Made by a program: the position numbers and the translations under genes. Source: Felis catus (Eukaryota). From it: 64,000 nt of DNA. Position 1 is the stretch's first letter. Each line of letters begins with the position of its first letter. The stretch spans positions 19,098,001-19,162,000 of the forward strand of contig NC_058369.1 of the NCBI RefSeq assembly GCF_018350175.1, written 5' to 3'. Under the pieces are notes generated by a model. The model was not told the DNA's origin, searched no databases, and saw nothing but the letters and a program-made list of their open reading frames with translations. Below are positions 19,621 through 32,074 of the stretch, one piece after another.

Positions 19621-22600
19621 CTCCATCATCTATCGTTCCAGGCTGGTTTGGGGGGGGTTCTCCCCAAGTTCTGAGGTGTCAGAGGATCCAGGGCCTCTTC
19701 CAGGTCTTTGAGATTCAGGGAAGACCTGACTAGAACTCTGGCCTTGAAACTGTGTGGAGCTAGGCAGGCAACAAGTTTTCAGACCCTGCAGGTTCTTGAA
19801 GGTCCCCCTACCCCCCTGTTCCCACCAGTTAGAATTGTTGCCCAGACGTGGGAAACGGGCCAGGCTGGTCCCATGCACAATGAGTGCTTCAGTCTCAGCA
19901 ATTCTTTCCAACCCAGGTAAATAATTTCTGCGGTCGATAAAATGCATTTCTGCCTCTCACACTCCCTTTACCCATCAGCCTGATTATTGACTCAGAAATA
20001 CTCTCTTGGCAGAGCCCAAAACAGATCCACAGCCAGGGGAAATTGGGGCAAGCTTGCCCAGGGATCTTGGCTGAAGGCAGGGGGTACCCACGCACCCTCA
20101 CCCAGCCTCCCAAAGATGAATGGGAGGGGAGCTTTCTAGCAGGAGGCACAAATCAAGGGTAGGGCTCTCCCATCTCGCTTAGTCCCCTGCACTGCTTTCA
20201 TCTGGTTTAAAGAAAAAACAGGCTCAAAGCAGAACAGCTGCTGGAGGTTACCAAACTGGCAAGTGCTGAGCCTGAGTTACAAGCTAGGTGCCCCAGCCCC
20301 AGGGCAGAAGGAACTTAGCAAAGATGGGTCCTTGGCTGCAGACACGGTCAGGCTCAGGTTTGGGCAGGATTATCAGAGGAGCTGGGCCTTGGGACTCCCC
20401 CACCACCACCACAACACCCTGGGGAGAGAGAAGACAGAGAGACACAGAGAAAAAAAGACAACTGCAGACAAAGCAAGGCCTAGAGGATGCTGGGAAGAGG
20501 AGCAGGAAAGGTCTGCGCTGTTGCAAAGGGCGGGAGGAACCTGCGGGGGCAAGATAACGTGGGGTAGGGGTGGCTGGGTCTGGGGGAGTCAGTTCCGCTC
20601 CACGCCCTGGTCTCAGCCGCCCAGATAAGACAGCTGAGCAGCAGTGGTGAATTCTACATGCTGCATGGGGGAGGTGAGGCCACAGCAGGCAGAGAGGAGG
20701 GGCCTGGAGGCCTGGCCCAGACCCCCACTTTCTTGCCAGACTGAAAGGCCCCCGAGAGCCTGGCGCACCCAGGCTGGCTCCCAGCTCCAAGCAGGCAGCA
20801 CCACCCCTGAGTCCGGCTGGACAGGAGCTATTTGAGAATGATTCATGGATGTAATTAAGTGTCCCCCCATAATCCCTCAGCTCAGGCCCTGATGGGGGTG
20901 GTGCAGATGTGGGAGCCCAGCCTGCTGTGCAAGGGTTGTGTTCAGTACAGAGCGCCCCAGGATGCCCATCTGTGGAGCCTAGAGCAAGGCAGGGCTGGGC
21001 CCAAATCCTGGGGGCACCAGGGTGGGGGGCTTCCTCTTTTTCTTTCTGCTCGACTCCTTGGGCCAAGAGTCAGCCTCTGTACTCACAAGCATTCAGCAAG
21101 AGTGCGTATGCACATGCTCACACAGGCCCAGACAGTCATCCAGCAGCAGCAGGCGTTCAGCAGCAAGCCTCTATGATGCGTGTGGGGTAGGACACTCAGA
21201 TGCCTGCAGACCCCAACACCCCCCACACACGTGTATGAAGCGTACCTTCATACAAGCTCACACGTACCTCTCTCCCTGACCACCCGTACGTGGGCAGGCC
21301 AGGTCCAGTCGGGAAACTCATCCCTGCACACCCTTACAGCCTGTTCTGGTCCAAGGGGGTGGAAATCAAACTGCCTACCCCTGAAGGAAGGATGCCTGGG
21401 GTGGCAGCCAGGTGGGAGCAGGCTGTCAGAGCACAGGCACACCCTTGTGCATGAATGCACTCACTCTGGCTCCCTCCTCCCCAGGTGGGAGGATTTGGGG
21501 GTTTTCACCCTGAACAGGCTCTTGAGTTCACTTAGCAGAGTCCACTGCTCAGCTCTAAGGTTGAGAGGTAGAGCTGAAGTGGAAGGAGAGGCTGATGAAG
21601 GTGGCATAGTGCTCCTGAAATAGATTGGCTCAAAGCTCAGAACCTTCCCTCCTAATACCTGCAGCCACACCTAGTGGGAAGGGGAGGAAGCAGCCTTCTC
21701 AAACAAACTGGTTAACTGGGGCTCAGAGATGGGCAGCAGCAAACCCTGGCTAATAGAGTTCATTAACAGCTCGTGGAAACCCAGGGCTCCTGCCCCTAGT
21801 CATGCCCCTAGTCATTCCCATGATTTGGTGTCCTATCCCACCGAAGACTGGGCTCTGCTATCCTCTCAGACAGGGAGACCCTAGAACCAGGTTGGCTCTG
21901 CTACTCCCCACCAGCACCCCTTCAGGCTTTGGGTCCCCAGAATCCACTGGGCCCTGCCTCCTCCCTCAGACAAGGATCTCGAAGGACTGGATAGACTGCC
22001 TTCTCCCCTTGGACTAGGCACCCCAGCACTAGCATGGTGAGGCCTCTCCTCTAGGAGCCCCCAGCTTGAGCCCCTCAGGCTCTACCAGACTCCGATGCAA
22101 AACGTGAGCAGCTACCACACGCCGCTGTCGCCCCCCCAACCCAGATTTTTCTGGTTCTTATTAATGTAAATGAAATCTGCTCCGAGCAAGCGTCCTTAAT
22201 GGAAAGCGTTCCTGGAATTTGTGCACACGTGGTGGAGGGGGGGGGGGTGCACCCTGAGATTAACTCTTGTGCAGCCAGACGGAGATGCATGAGGCTGCAG
22301 TGACCCTCTGGCCTCAGGCTGGGGTGGGGCTTGGGGGAACTGGGATAGTCACTCAGTTCCTCCCAGAAATGCATCCCCACAACATCAAGGGTGGCAGAGC
22401 ACCTTATGTATTCTACCCTTGGCCCTGGGACAGCTGGGCAGGTCCAGAGGTTTCTCAGAGCCCGAGGAAGGTGGCCTTGACAGGAAACGGGGTCTTTGAT
22501 CAGGGAGGGGTCCAGCCAAAGAGACTGGAGGGACAAGGAGGCTGAGAAGGTGAGCGGCTGACATTTCCAAAGCCCATCCTGCCCTCATCTGGCTCTCTTC

Positions 22601-24915
22601 CTGAGTTGGGAGCCTGGACCCATGCAACAAGACCCCTTCTCTTTGAACCTTCCCACCCTGCAGGGAGACTTCACCTCTTTGTTGCCCCCCATCCCTTCTC
22701 CGCTTCTTGGTCCTGAGCTAGATATCTTCCCAACTGGGGGTGGGGGGCAAAGGGGAGTTGGAGAACTCAGAGTGGGCACCCAGGAACGGTTGCTTGTGAG
22801 GTTGGGGGCACAGAGAAGCCCTGGCCTGGAGCCCACAACGCGCCCTGCCCGGCTCCCGCCCCCAAATCTGGATGCTTGTTCTGGCACAGCCCTCAGCCGT
22901 CCCCAGTGGAGCTGTGTTTTACTGCCTTTCGTGGCCAGGACAGGGATGTCTGTTTCACTGGCGGGGGTAGGGGAAGAGTCTAAGATTTCAATTTCTCCCA
23001 GGTGTGGCTCAGTCTGGAGGATGCCTTGGGGAGGCTGGCTGAGGGGCCAGCACCTGGGGGAGGGGGTGGTTGTGGGGGGGGTGGGTAGGGGCTCAGGAGG
23101 GGTTTCTGGAAGGGGAGGAGGCCACAGAGGGGGTCTCAGAGAGGGAATGGGGGCTCCAAGGGGGAGCGGATTGGAAGGGTGGGGACTCAGGAAGGGGGGG
23201 AATTCAGAGTGGGACCGGCTTCAACGGGGGACAATAGGCTGGCAATCCTCCCTCCCACCCACACCTGTCAGGCAGGCTGGGGGAGGGAGACTGACCCACT
23301 TAGCTGCCTCCCCTCCCAGGCTTCCACTAATGAGCGCTCTGGGCTTTGGGAGGCAGCCTTCCCCCCCCAGGCTGCGCCTGAGGCTGTCCCTTCCCCCACA
23401 GCCCCTCATTATCTACTGGGGGTGCTCACTGGTTCAGTCTGCCCCCCTTATCTGCAGCTGTGTCTGCCTGCAGCAGCGAGGAGAAGACTCCGGGCCCCAA
23501 AATATGCCCTCTCTGCCCCTGGCTCCCTACACCCCCAGGGCTGGGGAGACAAAGGCTCCCAGCTCCCTGCTGTGCAGCTCGGCTCCAGCTCCGAGCAGAG
23601 GGCTTTGATTCCACCTGTGGGTCCCACTAGCATGCCAATGAGGGAGGCAGGGGGGTGGCTGCGCAGCACACAGGCTATCAGGCTATCGGGGACTGAGTGC
23701 GGGCTCCACCCCTAGGATGGGGAGTCCGCTCTGCTCACCAGAGCCCCTGTGGCCAGAGTCCCACTTGGCAAGGAGAGGGGCACATAATGGGGACATGGGG
23801 GGCTCCCAAATGTGTGGAGAACACAGCTCTGGAGGATGGAGAGGCGGGAGTAGCCTTTTGGGGTCACACTTCTGGGAAAACTGAGTTCCAGGAGGCAGGT
23901 GTGGGGTCAGGAGAGATGGTGGGGGAGAGGTCTGTATGGGGCACAGCTCCATGCGGATGGACAGTATTCAGGGAGCACAGTTCTGCAGGTGTGAGAATGT
24001 GTAGGAGCACGAATCTGGGAGGATGATGGTGGGAGCATCACTTCAAAGGATGTGGTTCAGAAGCACGGATCTGGAGGATTGTGGGGAGAATTCAGAGAGC
24101 AAGAGCACAGTCAGGGGGCTGATGTGGCGGCGTGGGGGGCGGGGAGTACAGTTCTCAAGAACACTCAGACTACAGTCTAGGGAGGAGGCTGCCAGGTCTC
24201 CCCTGGTCTTGGCCTCTTCTGACTCCTCCCCCACATTCCTGGGGTGCATGAGGAGGTCTGGTTGCTGGAGCATGCCCAAGTCCCCCCAGACTCCCCCTGA
24301 CTCTGTCCCGCTGTCCATCTGTCCTCCCCTCCCCAAGGATTCCAAGGCCCAGGTGGCACACTCCCCTCATGGCACCCTCATTAGGAAAGGGCTTTGAGAT
24401 CCTTCTGAAGCATCTGCCCCCCCACCTCCCCCTCCAAGCCAGCTGCAGGCTCTGGCCCCTAGAGCCTGATAAATATTTATGACAAGATAAGCAGGATCTG
24501 CCAGGTCCCAGCCCAAACCATTGTCCTGGGAACTAGAGAGGGGAGGCAGGGTCAAAACTTGAGTTTCTCGGGGCAGAGCTGGGTCTCCAGGTTCTGGGTA
24601 GGGGCAGGTCTGAAGGATAGGCTCCCAGACTCTATACCAGTGAGGGGGCTGGGATAAGACCTTGCTCAGAATTCAGAGGTGAGTGAGGAAGTTTCTTCCA
24701 AGGTGCCATACTGGCCAAGGACAGTCCCCCCAGCCCTGGCAGGTCTTGTATGAGGGCATGGGTACATTCTTGAGACACATTGAATTCCTGATCTGGAGTG
24801 GACAGGATGGTTCCCTGTCCAGCACTGTACCCAGGGCTGGGTTGAATCCACATTTAGGGTCAGTCCTTAGCTCAGCCTGAAATTCAGCAGCCCTGAAATT
24901 AAAAAAGAAACATCA

Positions 24916-25486
24916 GGGACACCTGGGAGGCTTGGTTGGGCGTCTGATTCTTGATTTCAACTCAGGTCATGATCTCACGTTTCATGGGTCGGAGCCCCAC
25001 ATCCACAGTGCGGAACCTGCTTGGAATTCTCTCTTCGTCCCTCTCTGCCCTTCCTTCACGTGCGCACTCTCTCTCTAAATAATTTTTTTAATGTTTATTT
25101 ATTTTTGAGAGAGAGACAGAGAGTGAGTGGCAGAGGGGCACAGAGGGAGGGAGACACAGAATCCAAAGCAGGCTCCAGGCTCTGAGCTGTCAGCACAGGG
25201 CTCAAACTCACAAACCTTAAGATCATGACCTGAACTGAAGTCAGATGCTCAACAGACTGAGCCAACCAGGCACCCCTTAAAAAAAAAAAAAAAAAAAAAA
25301 AAAGGAAACTTCAGGGGCACCTGGGTGGCTCAGTCAGTTAAGCATCCAACTTTGGTTCAGGTCATTATCTCACTGTTCATGAGTTTGAGCCCCACATTGG
25401 GTTCTTGGATCCTCTGTCTCTCTCTCTGGCCCTCCTCAGCTGGTTCTCTCTCTCTCTCAAAAAATAAATAATAATAATAATAATAA
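24916..25486. mobile_element. Cluster of three Can-SINEs: + 24916-25080, - 25083-25276 (inside the first copy's A tail), + 25314-25486
   Basis: Heads, tails and orientations read directly; poly-A at about 25278-25303. Confidence 0.9.
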
Positions 25487-27806
25487 GGGAACGTCAATAA
25501 TGGTGAATCCAGTGAGACTCTGACTCAGGGAGCGGGGTCACCCATAGATTCTAAATGTGCCCACAGGGTGCAGTTCCACAAGGCCACCCACTCAGTTCTG
25601 CCAAGCTGAGCTAAGCCCTGGTGATGAAGGGGTGGGGGACCCGAGATAGCAGTCCCCACACCTCTCAGTCTCTAGGTGCTGCCTAGTGGGCCCTAGATCT
25701 TTGTCCTTCTGGCTCACTGGTGCTGAGAGCCTAGCTGCCATGGGCCGAGCCCGCTGGGAGAAAGGCCAGGCTTCTTTTGCTGTGAGGCAGAGGCCGAGGT
25801 GGACTGGCCCAGGCTGGGGTCCTCAGATCCTGGACTGGCCTCTTGCACATGGCCTGAGATGCCTGGGGCAGTGGCAACTGTGCCCTATTTCGCATGACCC
25901 AGGGTGAGGGTGGGGATGGAGACTGATGCAGTCTTGGCCTGGAGGCAGTTGAGGGTCCCTGCTCTGAAGAGGGCTCAGCCACTTTGGGGCAAGTGCCAGG
26001 AAGTCAGAGGTCCTGAGTCTCCCTGGGCCAGCTCCACTGTTACATCAGTCCTGGTGTGTGCCCATGTGTGTGAGTGAGAGGCGTGGCCTGGGGGCACCCC
26101 CCCCCCATCAGGGTCGGTGCCCCTACCCTCCCAGCCATCACTCCAGCTAAGCGTCAGAGCTACCTTTGCCCCCTGTGATGAATGAGCTTCCTCCCCACAG
26201 CCTGGCCAAGTTGGGGTGCACGGGGACTTCACCAGGATGGTTTTTTGTGTTTAGCGGGATTGCTATTGCCATACCTCGAAATTTGTTAACCTAGAGTAAC
26301 TTGCGCTAGTGGGAAGGCAGGATCCTGTGGGCGCTGCCCTGGGCTGGATCTCCCCTCCCAGGGCTCCATGGAGGCCCCTCTGGCTCAGCCCTCCTACCTG
26401 TGAGAGGGGCAATTGGATTGGGGCCCCTGTCTGAAGCACTAACTTGCCCTTGCCCTGGCAGAGCTGGTGAAAGAATGCTTCCTTTTCACCAGTGCTGAGC
26501 AGCCACCCAGAAGAGCAGGCCAAGGCAGCCTTGAGGGAGGGCAGGAGGCCTCAGAGTGCCCTGGGTTCTTTCCTACTTCTCCAGAGTCAGGAGGCATCTC
26601 TTACCTGCCTGAGGGCTGCTTTCTCCTCCATTCTCCACCCACCCCAGGGAGTCCCAGGGGTGCCACAGCCTCCCTGGTGCTCCAGTGACTCTGAACTCTT
26701 GTGCCCAGGCCATGCTCTTGAGGAAGGGTCTGGAAATCTAGATTGTGACAAGCCTGCTTGAGGCTAGCAGGCTGGAAAGGTAGATACCCCCCACCTCCTT
26801 TGCTGACTGTCCCTCGCATGTGCACACACACAGACACACACAGACACACCTGCTCACAGAGCCACATCTCCAAGGCCACAGGCGGCTCACATAATCTCTT
26901 GGCTACACTAATGCATTAATGGAAAAGCCGAGATGCTCCCAGGTGTGTCTAACATGCATCTTATGGCGTCACTGGGATCCCCAGAGACTGACTCTGATGG
27001 TAGGATATCAGGCCAGGGGGGCCGTGAGCCTGAATGTCCAGCCCCTTGCATGGAGCCTGTGAGTGTGAGAGGGTCAGTTAGGGGGCCCAGTGGCTGCACA
27101 AGTCAGTCCTGAGTCTTTACCAGGACCTGTTGCATATGACCGACTGGGCTTCTGGCTGCCAGGCTCTCCTGGGCCTCCTGACAGTGTCCTCGGTGGTGAC
27201 TGAACAGAAGTCTTTCTGTCCCACCCTGGATCTTCACACTCAACCAGGGTCCCAGTGATAAGTCTAGAGGCCCAGAGGCTGTAGGCTCCTGGAGGACAGG
27301 ACTACCACCTTGAGGAGCCATCATCCAGCTATGTGCGGTCATATTCCAGGTGTGTGTAACTGTCCTCCGGGTATCACACAGTTGTCCTTCAGGCCTCACA
27401 GAGCTGATTCCTGTCTGTGTGCTTCTCTTTCTCAGGACCAGTAACTATAATGGTGACTCTCAGACTTCCATTTCCTGAGGTTAGGGGCTGACTTGGATGA
27501 TCTCCAAGCCCCAGGCCCTGCCCAGTTTGGTGCCCAGTTAAGCAGGCTCGGGGTCCCACCGGGGGCTCCTAGGCTGGAGCCATGTGAGATAGGGGGTGGG
27601 TGGTGGGGGCTAGGAGATTTCTCCCAACAATCTGTTCTCTGATCCCATGACTAGCTTTCTGGCCCCTGGAATGGGGTAGGGGTGGGGGGTGATCCCAGGC
27701 TGGATATCACCCCCAACTGCTCTAACTCAGGCCCAGCCTCCTTTGCCTACCCCCTCCGGCCACATCCCAAATCCCCAATCCCAGCAGCAGACCTTGGTGT
27801 TTGCCT

Positions 27807-27849
27807 GTTGCCATGACAATGGGATGCACCTTTCTGTTACCATGGCAAC
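27807..27849. promoter_or_regulatory. Paired RFX X-box motifs
   Basis: GTTGCCATGACAAT (27807-27820) and GTTACCATGGCAAC (27836-27849), compared with consensus GTTGCCATGGCAAC. Confidence 0.6.
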
Positions 27850-29188
27850 CAGCCAGGGGTTTTTAAAATTCAGTTGAGGTAATTTCCACCCCTCAATCCT
27901 CATCCTCAGACACCTCATTCTTCTTTTTTCTTCTCTGAATCTTAGAAGGTTGCGGGGGGGGGGGGGGGAGGGGACACAGCCACCAGCCAGAGGTGGAGGG
28001 TTAGAGGGGCTGGTGGGAAGACTCAGGCCCCATTCCTCCCTGACTACCCCACCCAGACTGGACCCCGGAGAACAGGGCAGCCTCTTCCGCCTTCCCTCTC
28101 CAGGCCCAGGTCTGTGGTGAGAAGAACAGGGTTTTGCATGATTGGACGGGCAAAGGCCAGCTCACCTGGAAAGCCTGGGTGAGGATGCAGCCTGTGTGGC
28201 CATGTGCCTATGCAGGAGCAGGGAGAGTCAGCAGAGACCCTCCTGGACCTGTGTCCCTAAGGCTCATCTGAGAATCTCAAGGCACCAGGGCCCAGACCCC
28301 AGGACAATAGGGGCAGATGTTGTTTATACTGTATCCTGGTGCTAAGGAGCTTAGCTTAGTGGAACCCTGGGCCGGATTTGCGCAGAGGACATCTGAGAAG
28401 GATGGAGCGAAGGGGATGCAGATACTGTCCAGTACCTGCCTCTCCCCCTCCCTACTAGTGTCCTCTCTCTCTAGGCACCTGCTTCATTAGTCTGGTCACT
28501 GTAAATCCATGAGGCCCAACATCCGCTTCCTATCTCCACCTGCCTACTGGCTGGGAAAAGAGAAGCCCTACTGGGCTCCAGGATGGACTGAGCAGAGTAG
28601 ACTGGGTCTAAGGGATAATAGGGCTCCAAGTCCCATGCACTGTGTGACCTTGCCTCATCTTCATGTAACTCTTTCACACCTTGACTTGTGTCTGCAGCAG
28701 GCTTGTGCTCCCACAGGTGGGCCCCCCAAAAGAAGAGTTTTCAAGGAGGAAGAAGTTGGGGAGAGCCCTGCAACAGGGGTACCCCCACCTCCCCTGTTCT
28801 CTCCGTAAGCCTGTTCTTCCACCCCATCAGTCAGTTTGGGGGAGACTCCCCCCCCCCGAGGATTGATGCAAAGTGACACCATAACTCCATCAGCCTGGGG
28901 CTTGGTTCTCAAAGCCAGGGACTTCCAGGGCCATCAGGTTGGTGCTAAGGCAGAAGGGAAGTCACTTCTGGTTTCCCAGTCCCTAGGGCTCAAGGGCCAA
29001 GATCCCATAGCAGCAGCCCTCCTGGGGGCACAAATGGGCAAACTGACCTCAGGGGCCTACAAAGAACCCCCAGATTGAGGCCCAGGCTGTCTGAGGCCCT
29101 GCCCACTCCTGCTCCTCCCTCACTCAAGGCAGGAAACTCCCAGAGACAAGAAGGTTTGTTCGGGTAAGGATTGCCCTCACCAAACTCC

Positions 29189-29409
29189 TTTTTTTTTTTT
29201 TTTTTTTTAGTTTTTTTAAGTTTATTTATTTATTTTGAGAGAGAGCAACCGAGCAGGGGATGGGCAAAGAGAGAGGGAAAGAGAGAATCCCAAGCAGGCC
29301 CCATGCTGTCAGCACTGAGCTCGATGTGGCACTTGAACTCACGAATCGTGAGATCATGACTTGATCAAAACTAAGAGTCTGACGCTTAACTGAGCCACCC
29401 AGGCGCCCC
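29189..29409 (-). mobile_element. Can-SINE, antisense
   Basis: Poly-T, GA-rich tract, ending CTGAGCCACCCAGGCGCCCC. Confidence 0.92.
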
Positions 29410-29443
29410 ACTCAGCAATTTCCTTTATTAAATAGCAGTTCCA

Positions 29444-29549
29444 GGGGCACCTGCCTGGCTCAGTCTGTAGAGCTTGTGATTCTTGTTCTCAGGGTTGTGA
29501 GTTTGAGCCCCACGTTGAACATAGAGATTATTTAAAAAAAAAAAAAAAA
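29444..29549 (+). mobile_element. Short Can-SINE
   Basis: GGGGCACCTGCCTGGCTCAG head, A tail; TSD-like AAATAGC(A/C)GT(T/C)CCAG. Confidence 0.85.
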
Positions 29550-31397
29550 TAGCCGTCCCAGCCTGAGTCCACTCCACTTGAGGGAGGGGCTCCTGATGCC
29601 CTTCCCACCAAGGACCCATAAGATGCTCACAGAGTCCTCAAGTACTGAACACCTGGGTCTGTGGCCCCTCATGTGCAGGATAATAAAGTCTGTATTTGAA
29701 ACTTTTCATGAGTTATTATTCCCACCAGCCCTGTAGGCTCCATTGGCCCAGACAAAGTCACAGAGTTCTCCATGGCAGGTATGGTTATCTCTTTTCTGTT
29801 CTGCCAGCTGGTGGGAGGGCTGGGGGGGGCGAGGGAGAGGTTAAACCAGAGACTTCTGGGAAGGGGTTATGGCCACCCCCCACCCATCTGCCCAAAGTTT
29901 CTTTAATCCCTACTACTCCTAGGCTCCCAGACCAGGGAAGCCCCAGGCCAGTCTGGGAAAGAGGGAGACCAGACCAAGCCCTAGGTGAGACCAGGGATGT
30001 CCTAGGTGGGCACACCCTGTCCTCTGAGCCTTCCCCGTGCTCAGCTGGTAGGCACCTGTGAGTATCCCTGTTTATCTCCCAGTCACCTCTTCTCTACTGG
30101 CACGACCCTTCCCAGGGTTATGAAACCCAGGGAAGGACAGACCTCTTCTCTCCCCATAGCAATCTGTGGCTCTGAACCATACTTCAGCTCCATCAGGGCC
30201 TCCACACTTAAGACCCCGAGGCTGAACTACTGGGGAGCAGGGCTGCCAGAGGTTTCTCATGTGGGCAGCAGGTGGCTGGCTGGCAGGCCTCACTGATGGG
30301 GGCTTGGCATCTGGGCACTTTCCAGCTGGGTAGACCCTCCAGGAGGGTCTGCTGGCTCTGGTGGGCTTGTATATCACTGGGGTCCCATCTGGAGTCAGAG
30401 GAGGGTGCAGGATAGAGGCGGGCCAGCAGGGCAATGCAAAGCTGATGCAAGCCTTCTGCAGGGGCAGGACTAGTGTCAGCAGGATGGGAACATAGACCAC
30501 CTCATTCTGGGACACCTGAGAGCCTAGATTCTGGGCACCATGGAGACTCCTGGCACCTTCTCTCCTCTAGGGCCAGAGCCAGCACCCTGTCTCTCACACC
30601 CTGTGTGCACACGTCATGCAGTGAACAGGCCTCCTATTGCGCTGCTGGTATCCCTGGACCAGCCTGATACATGAACATCAAGAAACACCAAGTTGTTCTG
30701 CCTCAGTGGAGAGGGGATCCCTGGGGGTCCAGGACCAGGAATCAGGGCCCAGAAGCCTGCCTCCCCAGAGGGCATTTAAAAGAGAAGTTGGGGAAATGCC
30801 AGCGACTGTTTATAGCCTGTGTGATATGCCAGCCCGAACCCGGAAGGCATGCCCTCATTCTCTTGCCAGCCACCTGCCAGCCAAAGGGTAGGCATCCTGC
30901 TCTAGAGCTGGGAGACCCCAAAGGTCCAGAGAGAGCAGGAGACTTGTCTGAAGTCCCACAGCTCATGAGTCGCATTGACCTGGAAGCCAAATGGTGGGGG
31001 AAGGGACAATACCTCCTAACCCAGGGCACAACGTCGTGGGGCAGGGCCACTGGGATGGGAACACTTGATCGCCAGAGCAGGGCTCTCAGCCCAGGACAAG
31101 GGTGGACAGGCCTGGTCAACAGGAAAGGGTGGTTAAACAGGCCTCCTGGTAGGGCAATGAAGAGTCCAGTTCCCCTGCATGGAGCTAAGGTGTCTGACGG
31201 TCTGTAGGGGTGGGTGTAAGGGTGGTTGCTAAGGAGTAGAGGAAACAAATTGACTTGTCAGCTGTGTAGGCGACTCAGCCACAAGGCAGGGAGCAGATTA
31301 GAGCCTGGAGTACGGGGGGCACTGGGTATCATTGAGGCTCATCCCCACAGCTGGGTAAGCAGACTGGAGATTGGAAGCTTAAGAAGCCCTCCCGCCC

Positions 31398-31612
31398 GGG
31401 GCACCTGGGTGACTCAGTTGGTTGAGTGTCCAACTTCAACTCAGGTCATGATCTTGCGGTTTGTGAGTTCAAGCCCCGCATCGGGCTCTGTGCTGACAGC
31501 TCAGAGCCTGGAGCCTGCTTCAGATTGTGTCTCCCTCTCTGCTCCACCACCTGTTTGCACACTCTCTCTCTCTCACAAAAATAAACATAAGAAAAAAATT
31601 ATTTAGAAAAAA
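31398..31612 (+). mobile_element. Can-SINE (SINEC_Fc-like)
   Basis: Full head and body; TSD-like AAGAAG(C/A)CCTCCC(G/A)CCC. Confidence 0.92.
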
Positions 31613-31917
31613 AAGAAGACCTCCCACCCACCTACCTGATGACAGTACTCTCCATGGAGTCCCTTCAGGAAGCACCCTTGACCCCTGACCCCAACAGACC
31701 ATCCTCTTCTGATGCTGTGACAACCCATCCTTGGCTTCTCTGGGGCCCAGGGGCATGGCACTTACTTCCTTAATCCCATGCCTGACTTCTTTTAGGAAGA
31801 TTCTGAGCTCTGGGCAGGCAGAAACCATATCTGGCTAATGTCCGCCCACCACTAGGGCTGAGAAAGAGAGGGGCACACAGGCTATTCCATACTCAAGGCA
31901 ATGAATGGTTTAAAAAA

Positions 31918-32074
31918 ATTTTTTTTAAGTTTATTTATTTTGAGAGCACAGGAGGGGGAGAGAGAGAGGGAGAAAGAGAATCCCAGGCAGGCTCTGTGCT
32001 ATCAGCCTGAGATCATGACCTGAGCCAAAACCAAGAGTTGGACCCATAACTGACTGAGCCACCCAGGTGACCCG
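31918..32074 (-). mobile_element. Can-SINE, antisense, internally deleted
   Basis: TTTAAGTTTATTTATTTTGAGAG...GAGATCATGACCTGAGCC...CTGAGCCACCCAGG. Confidence 0.87.

Noticed and set aside
21232..21254. Perfect 9-bp hairpin TGTATGAAG-CGTAC-CTTCATACA
   Set aside because: A few stems of this size are expected by chance in 64 kb, and it is too short for a pre-miRNA.
22622..23608. 328-aa ORF (likewise 34895..35962, 32567..33370 and 20284..21066)
   Set aside because: GC-rich intergenic sequence, G/P/L-biased composition, no domain or splice architecture; expected by chance at this GC level.
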